Below are positions 54,900 to 64,000 of a DNA stretch of 64,000 bases, in pieces. Every line of letters starts with the position of its first letter. Within the stretch, counting starts at the first letter, position 1. The DNA is from Planctomycetota bacterium (GTDB taxonomy: Bacteria > Planctomycetota > B15-G4 > SIAN01). A program made the position numbers and the translations under genes. Under the pieces are notes generated by a model. That model did no database searches. It was not told the origin of the DNA and saw only the letters and a program-made list of their open reading frames with translations. The stretch spans positions 1 through 64,000 of the forward strand of contig JANNXA010000034.1 in assembly GCA_031409275.1 (NCBI GenBank). The letters are read 5' to 3'.

Positions 54900-57685
54900 T
54901 GGACGCCACGAAGCTCGCTTGGTCATTCAAGATGGGGCGTGAGATCGCCGGCGCGGCGCTGCCGCTCCTCGTGCTCGCGGCGCCGCTCCACGCGCAGGAG
55001 CCCGCTCGCGAAGCGGACTACTACGCCGTCGACTTCCTGCCGACGCCGGCGGGGTCGCTCGAAGTGGGCGGGCTCGCCTTCCTCCCCGATGGACGACTCG
55101 CCGTCAGCACGCGCCACGGGCAGGTCTGGCTGGTCACGAACGCGCTCGCCGCGAATCCGGCCGACACGAAGCTCTCCCTCTTCGCGGAGGGGCTCTACGA
55201 AGGGCTCGGCCTGAACGTCGTCGACGGCGAGCTCTACGTCGTGCAGCGCACCGAGCTGTCGCGGCTGCGCGACACCGACGGCGACGATCGCTGCGACACC
55301 ATCGACACCATCAGCGACGCATGGGGAGTCTCGGGCAACTACCACGAGTTCGCCTACGGATTGCCGCGCGACACGGCTGGCAACTTCTACGTCTCGCTGA
55401 ACGTCAGCTTCTTCGATCCGAAGTGGTGGCACGGCAAGTCGCCGGCGAAGTGGCGCGGTTGGATCGTGCAGATCGCGCCGGACGGCAACGCGACACCGTG
55501 GGCGACCGGTCTGCGCAGCCCCAACGGCATGGGCTTCAACGCGGCGGGCGACCTCTTCGTCACCGACAACCAGGGCGACTGGATGCCGGTCGGCCCGCTC
55601 TTCCACGTCAAGCAAGGCGCGTTCTACGGCCACCCCGCCGGGCTGCGCTGGACCGACGACTACCAGCGCGCGCAGCGCGATCCGAGCGACACGGAGCCGC
55701 CGCTGCGTCCGCGCGATCCGGCCGCTGTCTGGTTCCCCTACGGCCTTTCGCGTAGCGCCGGCAATCCGCTGCTGGACGACACCGCGGGCAAGTTCGGGCC
55801 GTTCGCCGGCCAGATGTTCGTGCCTGAACTCACCAACGGCAGTGTCGTGCGGGTCGATCTCGAGCAGGTCGAAGGCGAGTACCAGGGCGCCTGTTTCCAG
55901 TTCCGCCGCGACACCGGCTCGGCCAACCGCATCGCCTTCGCGCCCGACGGCACGCTCTTCGTCGGCCTCACGAACCGCGGCTGGGGCGGTGCGCCGCCTG
56001 GCGACGGCATCGCGCGATTGCGCTGGCTTGGCCGCGTGCCGATGGAGATGGCGAGCGTGCGCCTCGCCGACGACGGTTCGAGCGGCTTCGACGTCGCCTT
56101 CACGCTGCCGTTGGCCGACGACTGCGTGCCCGCACCCGCCAACGTCCGCCTCGCGCAGTACGACTACGCGAGCTGGTGGGACTACGGCAGCCCCGAACTG
56201 CACGTCACGAACGTGCCGGTCACCGCGGTCAAGTGCTCGGGCGATCGGCGGATGATCCGCATCGACGCGCCGCAGCTGCAGGCGGGGATGGTCGCGCGCC
56301 TCGTGCTGGACGGCATCGTCGGACAGAGCGCGCGCGGCCGCGAGCCGCTGCTGCATGTGCAGGCCGACTACACGGTGAATCGGCTGCACGGGATGAAAGA
56401 GGCCGTGCCGGTCGCGAAAGGTGTCGCGCCGCCGACCGCGCGCGAGGATCAGGAGGAGGGGTGGGTCACGCTGTTCAATCGCCGGTCGATCGCCGCGTGG
56501 GAGGCGCCGGGTTGGAAGCTGGCCGCGATCCACCTCGACGAGCGTGACCCGACGCGCTTTGCCGAGCACCCGATGGTGGACGACTGGGACGGGCTGCTGG
56601 TGGCGGGGCTCGGTGACGGCGGATCGAGCGACGCGATCAGCACGGTGCAGCACGGCGACTGCGACGCGCGCATCGAGTTCTGCCTGCCGAGCGGCGGCAA
56701 CTCGGGCGTCTATTTCCAAGGGCGCTACGAGGTGCAGCTGCTCGACAGTTTCGGCAAAGCGAGCGTCGGCTTCGGCGATTGCGGCGGCATCTACGCGGGC
56801 GAAAGCGCGTTCGCCGGCAGCGCGCCGCAGATCAATGCATGCAACGCGCCGGGCGAGTGGCAGCGGCTCGACGTCCGCTTCCGCGCGCCGCGCTTCGATG
56901 AGTGGGGGAAGAAGATCGCCGACGCCCGCTTCGACTGGGTCGAGCTGAATGGCCAGCGCGTGCAACAGGACGTCGTGCTGCCCGAACCGACGCGCGGCGC
57001 AATCGCGCGCGAGGAGGTCGCATTCGGGCCGCTGCGGTTGCAGGGCGACCACGGGCCGGTCGCCTACAAGAAGGTGCGCCTCAAGCGGATCGAGTCGGAC
57101 GAAGACGCCGGAGCGACCGGTGCGATGCGACTGCTGGTGCGCGCCGCGCAGGGCTGGCACCCGCTCTTCGACGGCGCGTCGCTGCAGGGGTGGAGCAGCG
57201 AGGGCGCGGCGCAGTGGCGGTTCGAGGAGGGGGCGCTGGTGGCCGAGGGAGGCAGCGGCGTGCTGCGGAGCGCGCACCGCGACTTCGCGAGCTTCGAACT
57301 GCGCGCGCAAGTGCGCGGCGAGTGGGGCGCGAGCGGGGCGATCGAGCTGCGCCGCAGCGGTGGCGCGGAACAGCCGCGCGGCGTCGCGCTGCTGCTCGTG
57401 CAATCGAACGAGCCCGAGCGCGCCAAGAGCGGCAGCCTCGTGGCGATCGGCACGAAGCCGATCGTGGCGCCGGTGGTGGCGCCGCTGGTGGTCGATTCGG
57501 TCTGGCACGACGTGCGAGTGCGCGTCGTCGAGCGGGCGGGGGTGCTGCACGTCACCGCGTGGCTGAACGAGATGGAGGTCGCGTCGGCGGAGATCGAAGC
57601 GGGCCCCGTCGGCTCGATCGAGCTGCGCCACGACGAAGGGCCGGCCCGTTGGTTCCGCGACCTCGAGGTGAGGAAACTGCAATGA
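54899..57685 (+). CDS. Sorbosone-dehydrogenase-like beta-propeller + two DUF1080 (3-keto-disaccharide hydrolase) domains
   Basis: LEVGGL, QRTELSRL.DTDGD, GNYHEF, GLRSPNG, DNQGDW; GNSGVYFQGRYEVQLLD and LQGDHGPVAY (DUF1080); second copy degenerate. Confidence 0.85.
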   Translation: MDATKLAWSFKMGREIAGAALPLLVLAAPLHAQEPAREADYYAVDFLPTPAGSLEVGGLAFLPDGRLAVSTRHGQVWLVTNALAANPADTKLSLFAEGLYEGLGLNVVDGELYVVQRTELSRLRDTDGDDRCDTIDTISDAWGVSGNYHEFAYGLPRDTAGNFYVSLNVSFFDPKWWHGKSPAKWRGWIVQIAPDGNATPWATGLRSPNGMGFNAAGDLFVTDNQGDWMPVGPLFHVKQGAFYGHPAGLRWTDDYQRAQRDPSDTEPPLRPRDPAAVWFPYGLSRSAGNPLLDDTAGKFGPFAGQMFVPELTNGSVVRVDLEQVEGEYQGACFQFRRDTGSANRIAFAPDGTLFVGLTNRGWGGAPPGDGIARLRWLGRVPMEMASVRLADDGSSGFDVAFTLPLADDCVPAPANVRLAQYDYASWWDYGSPELHVTNVPVTAVKCSGDRRMIRIDAPQLQAGMVARLVLDGIVGQSARGREPLLHVQADYTVNRLHGMKEAVPVAKGVAPPTAREDQEEGWVTLFNRRSIAAWEAPGWKLAAIHLDERDPTRFAEHPMVDDWDGLLVAGLGDGGSSDAISTVQHGDCDARIEFCLPSGGNSGVYFQGRYEVQLLDSFGKASVGFGDCGGIYAGESAFAGSAPQINACNAPGEWQRLDVRFRAPRFDEWGKKIADARFDWVELNGQRVQQDVVLPEPTRGAIAREEVAFGPLRLQGDHGPVAYKKVRLKRIESDEDAGATGAMRLLVRAAQGWHPLFDGASLQGWSSEGAAQWRFEEGALVAEGGSGVLRSAHRDFASFELRAQVRGEWGASGAIELRRSGGAEQPRGVALLLVQSNEPERAKSGSLVAIGTKPIVAPVVAPLVVDSVWHDVRVRVVERAGVLHVTAWLNEMEVASAEIEAGPVGSIELRHDEGPARWFRDLEVRKLQ

Positions 57686-58299
57686 GCGACGGTGCGATTG
57701 GCGAAGCGTTGTTGGTGTGGCTGCCCGACGTGATGGTGGAGGACGACGGCGGCTGGCTCACCGGATTTGCGCTGCGCGTGGTCGCGGCCGCCGCGCTCGG
57801 GATCCTGGGACTGGGCTGCGTCGTGATCACGGTGCTCGGGTTGCCCGGGCTGTGGCTGCTGTTGCTGCTGGCCGGCGCGCTGCAGTTCTCCGACCGGTGG
57901 CTGCGCAGCGACGGCAGCTCGACCTTCAGCCATTGGACGCTGATCGGCGCCGTCGCGGCGGCGTTCGCCGCCGAGTTCGCCGAGTTCGCGGCGGGTGCCA
58001 GCGGTGCGAAGCAGGCGGGCGCCAGCAAACGCGGCATGGTGGGCGCGATGGTCGGCGGCATCGCCGGCGCGATCCTCGGTGCGCCGTTTGGGCTGTTGGT
58101 GGGCGCCATCGTCGGCGGAGTTGCGGGCAGCGCGATCGGCGCAATCGTCATGGAGCTGACGTTGCCGCACCAGACTCTTGAAGGAGCATTGAAGCCCGCG
58201 CACGGCGCCGCGATGGGCCGCCTGAAGGGCATCGCCCTCAAGCTGTTGGTCACCACCGCGCTGTGGATCGCGCTGACCGCGGCGGCGTTCGTCGAGTAG
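57682..58299 (+). CDS. DUF456 family membrane protein
   Basis: LGLPGLW, GAKQAGASKRGMVGAMVGGIAG, GAAMGRL; ATGA overlap with the upstream gene. Confidence 0.82.
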   Translation: MSDGAIGEALLVWLPDVMVEDDGGWLTGFALRVVAAAALGILGLGCVVITVLGLPGLWLLLLLAGALQFSDRWLRSDGSSTFSHWTLIGAVAAAFAAEFAEFAAGASGAKQAGASKRGMVGAMVGGIAGAILGAPFGLLVGAIVGGVAGSAIGAIVMELTLPHQTLEGALKPAHGAAMGRLKGIALKLLVTTALWIALTAAAFVE

Positions 58300-58376
58300 C
58301 GCGACGGACGCGGCCGTTCGCGAATCGAGCGTCTGCGAGGGGCGTGCGCGCGCGCTTCGGCGGCCGGCTCGGCACA

Positions 58377-61300
58377 ATGCGCACGATGAGCGCCTCCCAC
58401 CGCTGGCACCTCCGCTCTCGCGTGCCGCAGGCAGTGGCGCTGTGGTTCCTGCTGGCACCCTCCGTTCGTGCGCAGTCCGTGGTCGACTTCGCGCGCGACA
58501 TCGAGCCGCTCTTCGCGCAGCGCTGCGTCAAGTGCCACGGCCCGGCGCGCCAGAAGGGCGGACTGCGGCTCGATCGCAAGGCGGCGGCGCTGCGCGGTGG
58601 CGACGACGGGCCGGTCATCGTCGCGGGCGATCGCGCGAAGAGCGTGCTGATCCAACGAGTCAGCGGAGTCGATCCCGAGAAGCGGATGCCCCCGACCGGC
58701 GAGCCGCTCGATGCCGAATCGCTGCGACAGCTTGGCGATTGGATCGATGCGGGGGCGGCGTGGCCCGACGAGACGGCGTCGGGCGCGGCGGCTGCCATCG
58801 AGAGCGATCTCTGGTCGCTGCAACCGGTGCGCAAGGTCGTGCCGCCGGCGGTGGCGCGCGCCGAGTGGGTTCGCAACCCGGTCGACGCGTTCGTGCTGGC
58901 GAAGCTCGAGTCGGCGGGGCTTGCTCCGGCGCCGGAGGCCGATCGCGCCACGCTGATCCGCCGGCTCTATTTCGATCTGCTCGGACTGCCGCCCGAACCG
59001 GCTGAGATCGACGCTTTCGTCGCCGATCCCGATCCGCGCGCGTTCGAGGAGCGGGTCGACGCGCTGCTCGAATCGCCCCACTACGGCGAGCGCTGGGGGC
59101 GCCACTGGCTCGACGTCGCGCGCTTCACCGAGAGCCAGGGCTTCGAGTACGACCGTCTGCGCGACCACGCCTGGCCCTACCGCGATTGGGTCATCGCCGC
59201 GTTCAACGACGACCTCCCGTACGACCGCTTCATGCAGCTCCAGATCGCCGGCGACGTGATCGAACCGGTCACGGCGGAGGGCATCGTCGCGACCAGCCTG
59301 CTGGTCTGCGGGCCCTTCGACGAGGCGGGGAATGCGCAGGCGAATGTCACTCAGCGCCAGCGCACGCGCGAAGAGGAGATGGAGGATCTGGTCAGCGTCG
59401 TCGCGCAGTCCTTCCTCGCGCTGACCGTGAACTGCGCGCGCTGCCACGCGCACAAGTTCGACCCGATTCCGCAGGAGGACTACTACCGCATGCGCAGCGT
59501 CTTCGACGGCGTGCGCCACGGTGAGCGGCCGAGGGTCGCGCCGCGCGAGGAGCAGGCGCGCGCCGAGCAGGTCGCCGCCGAGCGAGACGCCATCGCGGCG
59601 CTCGAAGCGGAGGTCGCCGCGATCGAGGCGACGGTTCGCGACGCGATCGCGGCACAACGCCGTGCAGTCGAGTCGTCGACCGCGCCGCGCGGCGCGGACG
59701 GCCCAGCGCCCTTCGCGCGATGGGAGTTCGAGGGCGATGCGACGGACGCGCTCGGCACTCTGCACGGGACGTTGGTGGACGGTGCGCGGATCGCGGGCGG
59801 TCGCCTGCTGGTCGACGGGCGCGGCGCGTTCCTGCAGACCGCGGCGTTGTCGCGCGACCTCATCGAGAAGACGCTCGAAGTCTGGCTCGTGCTTCCCGAT
59901 GTCGAGCAGGGGGGCGGCGCCGCGATCTCGGTGGAGAGCGGCGACGGCGCGACCTTCGATGCGCTCGTCTTCGCCGAGCGCGAAGCGCGGCGCTGGATGG
60001 CGGGCAGCAACGGCTTCCGTCGCACCCGCGAATTCGGCGGCGCGGCGGAGGCGCCAGGCGCGCTGGTCCATCTGGCGCTGGTCTACGGCGCCGATCAGAC
60101 CATCCGCTGCTACCGCAACGGCGAGCCCTACGGCGCGGCGTACGCATCTCCGGAGCCGCTACCGACGTATCGCGCCGGCGCTGCGCATGTGCTGCTCGGC
60201 AAGCGGCACGCCGCCGGCGCCAACGTCTTCCTCGCCGCCGAGATCGAGCGGGCGGCGCTGTACGACCGGGCGCTCGACGCCGCGGAGGTTGCCGCTTCGT
60301 TCGCCGCCACCGGCGACGTTCCGACTCGCGCGCAGGTGGTGGCTGCGATGACGCCCTCGCAGCGCCGTCGTCACGCCGAGTGCATCGCGCAGCTCGAACA
60401 CGAGGCAACGCGACTCGAGGCGCTCGCGGTCGCACCGCCGATGGTCTACGCGGGGCGTCGCGAGCAGCCGGAGCCCGCGCACCGGTTGTTGCGCGGCGAC
60501 GTCACCCAACGGGCGGAGGTCGTGGCTCCAGGCGGGCTGTCGGCGATCGCCGAGCCGGCCGCCGACTTCGCGCTTGCGCCCGACGCGCCGGAAGCGCAGC
60601 GGCGGCTCGCGCTGGCGAAGTGGCTCGCCGACCCGCGCCATCCGCTGCCGGCGCGCGTCATGGTCAATCGCCTGTGGCATCACCACTTCGGCCGCGGGAT
60701 CGTCGGTACGCCGAGCGACTTCGGCGTCAGCGGCGAGCGGCCGTCGCATCCGGAGCTCCTCGACTGGCTGGCCGCCACGTTCGTCGAAGGCGGCTTCAGC
60801 GTGAAGGCGATGCATCGGCTGCTGTTGAACTCGGCGAGCTGGCGCCAGAGCTCCGATGCGAACGACGCGGCCGCCCGCCTCGACGTCGAGAATCGGCTGG
60901 TGTGGCGACACGAGCCGCGCCGGCTCGAAGCGGAGGCGGTGCGCGACGCGATGCTGGCGGCGAGCGGCCAGCTGAATCGGGTGTTGGGCGGGCCGAGCTT
61001 CCGGCCGTTCGACACTTCGAGCTTCGGCTCGACCTTCTATGCGCCCGTCGACAAGCTCGGTCCCGAGTTCGATCGGCGGACCGTCTACCGGATGAACGTC
61101 AATTCGGGGAAGGAGCCGCTGCTCGACGTCTTCGACTGCCCTGAGCCGTCGGTGAAGACGCCGGCGCGTCGAGCGACGACCACGCCACTGCAGGCGCTCA
61201 GCCTGATGAACGGCTCCTTCGTGGAGCGGCAGGCGGCGGCGTTGGCGGCGCGCGCCACGCTGGAATCGGGCGGTGAAACGACGGCCGCCATCGAGCAGGC

Positions 61301-61433
61301 GTATCAGCGGGCGCTTGGGCGTCGCGCCACGCCGGCCGAACTCGACCGCGCAGCCGTCCTCGCTCGCGACCACGGCCTTGTCAGCGTCTGCTGGGCGCTG
61401 TTCAACAGCTCGGAGTTCCTCCATGTTCGCTGA
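58377..61433 (+). CDS. Planctomycete cytochrome C / DUF1549 / LamG-like / DUF1553 protein
   Basis: DFARDIEPLF..RCVKCH, LIRRLYFDLLGLPP, CARCHAHKFD, LamG-like insert (HLALVY...YRNG...LYDRAL), PSHPELLDWLA. Alternative start at 58386. Confidence 0.94.
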   Translation: MRTMSASHRWHLRSRVPQAVALWFLLAPSVRAQSVVDFARDIEPLFAQRCVKCHGPARQKGGLRLDRKAAALRGGDDGPVIVAGDRAKSVLIQRVSGVDPEKRMPPTGEPLDAESLRQLGDWIDAGAAWPDETASGAAAAIESDLWSLQPVRKVVPPAVARAEWVRNPVDAFVLAKLESAGLAPAPEADRATLIRRLYFDLLGLPPEPAEIDAFVADPDPRAFEERVDALLESPHYGERWGRHWLDVARFTESQGFEYDRLRDHAWPYRDWVIAAFNDDLPYDRFMQLQIAGDVIEPVTAEGIVATSLLVCGPFDEAGNAQANVTQRQRTREEEMEDLVSVVAQSFLALTVNCARCHAHKFDPIPQEDYYRMRSVFDGVRHGERPRVAPREEQARAEQVAAERDAIAALEAEVAAIEATVRDAIAAQRRAVESSTAPRGADGPAPFARWEFEGDATDALGTLHGTLVDGARIAGGRLLVDGRGAFLQTAALSRDLIEKTLEVWLVLPDVEQGGGAAISVESGDGATFDALVFAEREARRWMAGSNGFRRTREFGGAAEAPGALVHLALVYGADQTIRCYRNGEPYGAAYASPEPLPTYRAGAAHVLLGKRHAAGANVFLAAEIERAALYDRALDAAEVAASFAATGDVPTRAQVVAAMTPSQRRRHAECIAQLEHEATRLEALAVAPPMVYAGRREQPEPAHRLLRGDVTQRAEVVAPGGLSAIAEPAADFALAPDAPEAQRRLALAKWLADPRHPLPARVMVNRLWHHHFGRGIVGTPSDFGVSGERPSHPELLDWLAATFVEGGFSVKAMHRLLLNSASWRQSSDANDAAARLDVENRLVWRHEPRRLEAEAVRDAMLAASGQLNRVLGGPSFRPFDTSSFGSTFYAPVDKLGPEFDRRTVYRMNVNSGKEPLLDVFDCPEPSVKTPARRATTTPLQALSLMNGSFVERQAAALAARATLESGGETTAAIEQAYQRALGRRATPAELDRAAVLARDHGLVSVCWALFNSSEFLHVR

Positions 61434-62880
61434 GCCACGCGACCGTGCCGGCGAGATCGCGGCGCTCTCGCGGCGCGAGTTCCTGTGGCGAACGGGCGGC
61501 GGGCTGGGCGGGATCGCGCTGGCGTGGATGCTGCAGCGAGAGGCGCGCGCGGCGATGGGTGGCGCCGGTGATGGAGCGCTCGCGCTGCCGCACCACGCGC
61601 CGCGAGCCAAGCGCGTCGTGCAGCTCTTCTGCCTCGGCGGCGTCAGCCACATCGACACCTTCGACTACAAGCCGGAGCTCGAACGCTTCCATGGCAAGTC
61701 GCTGGTGGGGAAGGGCGAGAACCTCGGCTTCTTCGGACAGCCCGGGAATGTGATGAAGAGCCCATGGGCCTTCCGTCAACACGGCGAGTCGGGCGCGTGG
61801 GTGAGCGACCTGCTGCCTCACCTCGCCCGGCGCGTCGACGACCTCGCGTTCATCAAGTCGATGGTGGCGAACAGCAACAACCACACGCCGGCCACCTTCC
61901 AGATGAACACCGGCTTCACCATGAACGGCTTCCCGTCCATGGGCGCGTGGCTGAGCTACGGGCTCGGGACCGAGAACGAGGACCTGCCGACCTTCGTCGT
62001 CCTGCCCGATCCGCGCGGGCTTCCGGCGGGCGGCTCGATCAATTGGACCGCCGGCTTCCTGCCCGCCACCCATCAGGGAACGCCGTTTCGCACCGACTCG
62101 CCCGAGCCGATCGTCGATCTCGCCACACCGACGGGGACCAGCTCGAATCGGCGCGCCGCCGAGCTGGAACTGCTGCGCCAGATGAACACGGAGGCGGCGG
62201 CGCGGGACCCTGGCGACAGCGTGCTCGCGGCCCGATTGCGCGCCTACGAGCTGGCGCAGCGCATGCAGACCAGCGTTCCCGGTGCCATCGACCTCGCCGA
62301 CGAGCCGGAGTCGATCCGGCGCATGTATGGGCTCGATCGTCGCGAGACCGCCGGCATGGGGCGCAACTGCCTGCTCGCGCGTCGCCTGCTCGAGCGCGGC
62401 GTCCGCTTCGTCCAGCTACTGAACGGCGGCGCTTTCGGCAGCCCACGCATCAACTGGGATGCGCACGAGAACCTCGTCGAGAACCACTCCGCGATGGCGG
62501 CCGGGGTCGACCAGCCGGTGGCGGCGCTGCTCGAGGACTTGAAGCAACGCGGCATGCTCGAGGACACGCTCTTCTTGTGGACCACCGAGTTCGGGCGCAG
62601 TCCCGCCACGCAGGGGCTCGAGTCGACCGGACGCGATCACCACCCGAGCGCCTTCACCTGTTTCCTCGCCGGCGCCGGCGTGAAGCCTGGGATCACCTAC
62701 GGCAGCTCCGACGAGGTCGGCTACTTCGCCGCCGTCGACCGCGTCGAGATCCCCGATCTGCATGCGACGGTCCTGCACCTGCTTGGTCTCGACCACAAGC
62801 GCCTGACCTACTACCACAACGGAATCCAGCGCCGCCTGACCAACGTCAGCGGCGAGGTGGTGCAGGGAATCCTCGCGTAG
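61423..62880 (+). CDS. DUF1501 domain protein (Tat signal)
   Basis: LSRREFL, GGVSHIDTFDYKP, PSMGAW, CLLARRLLERGVRF, EFGRSP, GRDHH; overlaps the DUF1553 gene end. Confidence 0.93.
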   Translation: MFAEPRDRAGEIAALSRREFLWRTGGGLGGIALAWMLQREARAAMGGAGDGALALPHHAPRAKRVVQLFCLGGVSHIDTFDYKPELERFHGKSLVGKGENLGFFGQPGNVMKSPWAFRQHGESGAWVSDLLPHLARRVDDLAFIKSMVANSNNHTPATFQMNTGFTMNGFPSMGAWLSYGLGTENEDLPTFVVLPDPRGLPAGGSINWTAGFLPATHQGTPFRTDSPEPIVDLATPTGTSSNRRAAELELLRQMNTEAAARDPGDSVLAARLRAYELAQRMQTSVPGAIDLADEPESIRRMYGLDRRETAGMGRNCLLARRLLERGVRFVQLLNGGAFGSPRINWDAHENLVENHSAMAAGVDQPVAALLEDLKQRGMLEDTLFLWTTEFGRSPATQGLESTGRDHHPSAFTCFLAGAGVKPGITYGSSDEVGYFAAVDRVEIPDLHATVLHLLGLDHKRLTYYHNGIQRRLTNVSGEVVQGILA

Positions 62881-63094
62881 GTCCGAGCGGCGAGTCGCGA
62901 AAGAGACGGGCCGATCCCGGTCGAAACTCGATCGCCGTGTCCCGGCCTCTGCCGACCGGAATCAACTCATGAAGACCTTCGGAGCGGCCTTGTCCGCGCT
63001 CGTCAGCAACGCCTTCCCATCGATCGCCTGGAGCCGCGCCGCCGCACCGCGTGCTCGACCATTCGAGACGCGCGATGCGGCGGTGTGCGGCCAG

Positions 63095-64000
63095 TCAGTT
63101 GCCTGCGGTCGCCGCTGCGAACCCGCTCCAGTGGTCGACGGTCGTCTGCAGCGCTTCGGTCAGCGTGCCGTCGGCGGCGAAGAAGAGGGTCGTCGGCATC
63201 GGGAGCCGCTCCGGGTCGAGCAACTTCTCGAAAGGCTGTCCCGTAGCGAAATAGCTCGGCAGTTTCATGCCGAGCTTGGCCAGGAGTTCCGTCGCGCGAC
63301 CGAAGTCCTCCAGGCCATCGAGGCTCACCAGCACGACGTCATTGCCGGCAGCGGCGAGCTTCGCGAGGTCGCCCATCTCGGCGACGCATGACTTGCAGTA
63401 GGTCGCCCACAGGTTGACGATCAACGGCTTGGTCCGCCCCGTGAGCGGCAGGCTGACCGTCTTGCCATCAGCGCCGCACAGCTCGAGCTTCTCCATCCGC
63501 GCGCCGACCGCGAACTGCAGCCCCGGCACTCCCGGGTCCTTGAGCTCAAACGTCTTGCGCGGCAGGTCGCTCGCCTTGCCGGTGCCCTCGACCAGCAGCA
63601 CCTTGCGGCCGGCCTTCACCACGCCGAACGACTCGACGGCGCGGCCTGGCCAGCGCACGGTGAGCGTCGCCTCGGCCGCGTCGCCGCAACCGAAGATCAG
63701 CTCCGCGGCGTTCTGCGATTCGAAACCGGTGCCGACGGACATCACTTGCGCGGTGGTGCGCGCGCCCGCCGTCGAGCGAACGATCGCGCCCGGAGCCTGC
63801 CACGGCCCCTTGGTCGCCTGCAGCTGCACTTTCACGCCGCGAGCGCCGAGGTTGACATCGTTGCGATACAGCATGTGCCGCTCGCGCTGGATGTTGTGGA
63901 CGAAGAACTCGGGGTCGCCGTCGTCGTCGAAGTCCGCCACGCATAGCGCGCGGCCATCGCCGTCGTCGTCGGCACCGGAGACGTCGGAGACGTCGAGGTA
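63095..64000 (-). CDS. CRTAC1-type FG-GAP + ASPIC/UnbV + TlpA-like thioredoxin fusion (5' end beyond the window)
   Basis: DVSGADDDGDGRAL..ADFDDDGD, GTGFESQN..ELIFG, VRWPG, VNLWATYCKSC..EM, MPTT. Confidence 0.85.
   Translation of the reverse strand, partial: YLDVSDVSGADDDGDGRALCVADFDDDGDPEFFVHNIQRERHMLYRNDVNLGARGVKVQLQATKGPWQAPGAIVRSTAGARTTAQVMSVGTGFESQNAAELIFGCGDAAEATLTVRWPGRAVESFGVVKAGRKVLLVEGTGKASDLPRKTFELKDPGVPGLQFAVGARMEKLELCGADGKTVSLPLTGRTKPLIVNLWATYCKSCVAEMGDLAKLAAAGNDVVLVSLDGLEDFGRATELLAKLGMKLPSYFATGQPFEKLLDPERLPMPTTLFFAADGTLTEALQTTVDHWSGFAAATAGN

Noticed and set aside
54923..60071. 919-aa and 839-aa minus-strand ORFs
   Set aside because: Antisense shadows of the DUF1080, DUF456 and DUF1553 genes.
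62835..63097. Possible selenocysteine read-through of the TGA at 63095-63097
   Set aside because: The thioredoxin domain is already complete, the extension is not protein-like and no convincing SECIS hairpin follows.
62969..63391. 140-aa plus-strand ORF
   Set aside because: Mostly antisense to the TlpA domain, with no RBS or motif.
1..64000. tRNA, rRNA, prophage, defence system or autonomous IS
   Set aside because: No cloverleaf or rRNA-like tract and no transposase, integrase, RT, nuclease or phage structural motifs were recognised by eye; a tRNAscan/Infernal run would be needed to exclude small RNAs formally.

Overview
This is a very GC-rich (roughly 70% by eye), gene-dense bacterial window, most likely Planctomycetota. 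That call rests on two DUF1549/DUF1553 cytochrome-domain proteins, two Tat-type DUF1501 proteins, an ECF sigma/Ser-Thr kinase pair, and CRTAC1/ASPIC-UnbV and FGE-sulfatase fusions. About 48 genes are supportable; I saw no rRNA, tRNA, CRISPR array, transposase, integrase or reverse transcriptase. The main blocks are: (i) 1-19.5 kb, mixed accessory genes including an internally deleted amidohydrolase remnant; (ii) 19.6-39.1 kb, a cell-envelope glycosylation region (two atypical LPS-kinase-like paralogs, porin, glycosyltransferases, MsbA-like exporter, ArnT/ArnC-like pair, GtrA, SGNH-GH20 fusion, phosphodiester glycosidase); (iii) 43.6-62.9 kb, a heme-rich DUF1553/DUF1501 region. The most unusual non-coding signal is a pair of ~160-bp intergenic fold-back elements (22689-22848 and 39117-39279). 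Their terminal inverted repeats are unrelated, yet they share the same internal stem/purine-loop architecture (GGC-GAGGA ... GAAGCA-hairpin ... GAGG..GACGAA-G). All family calls come from motif recognition by eye; no searches were run.
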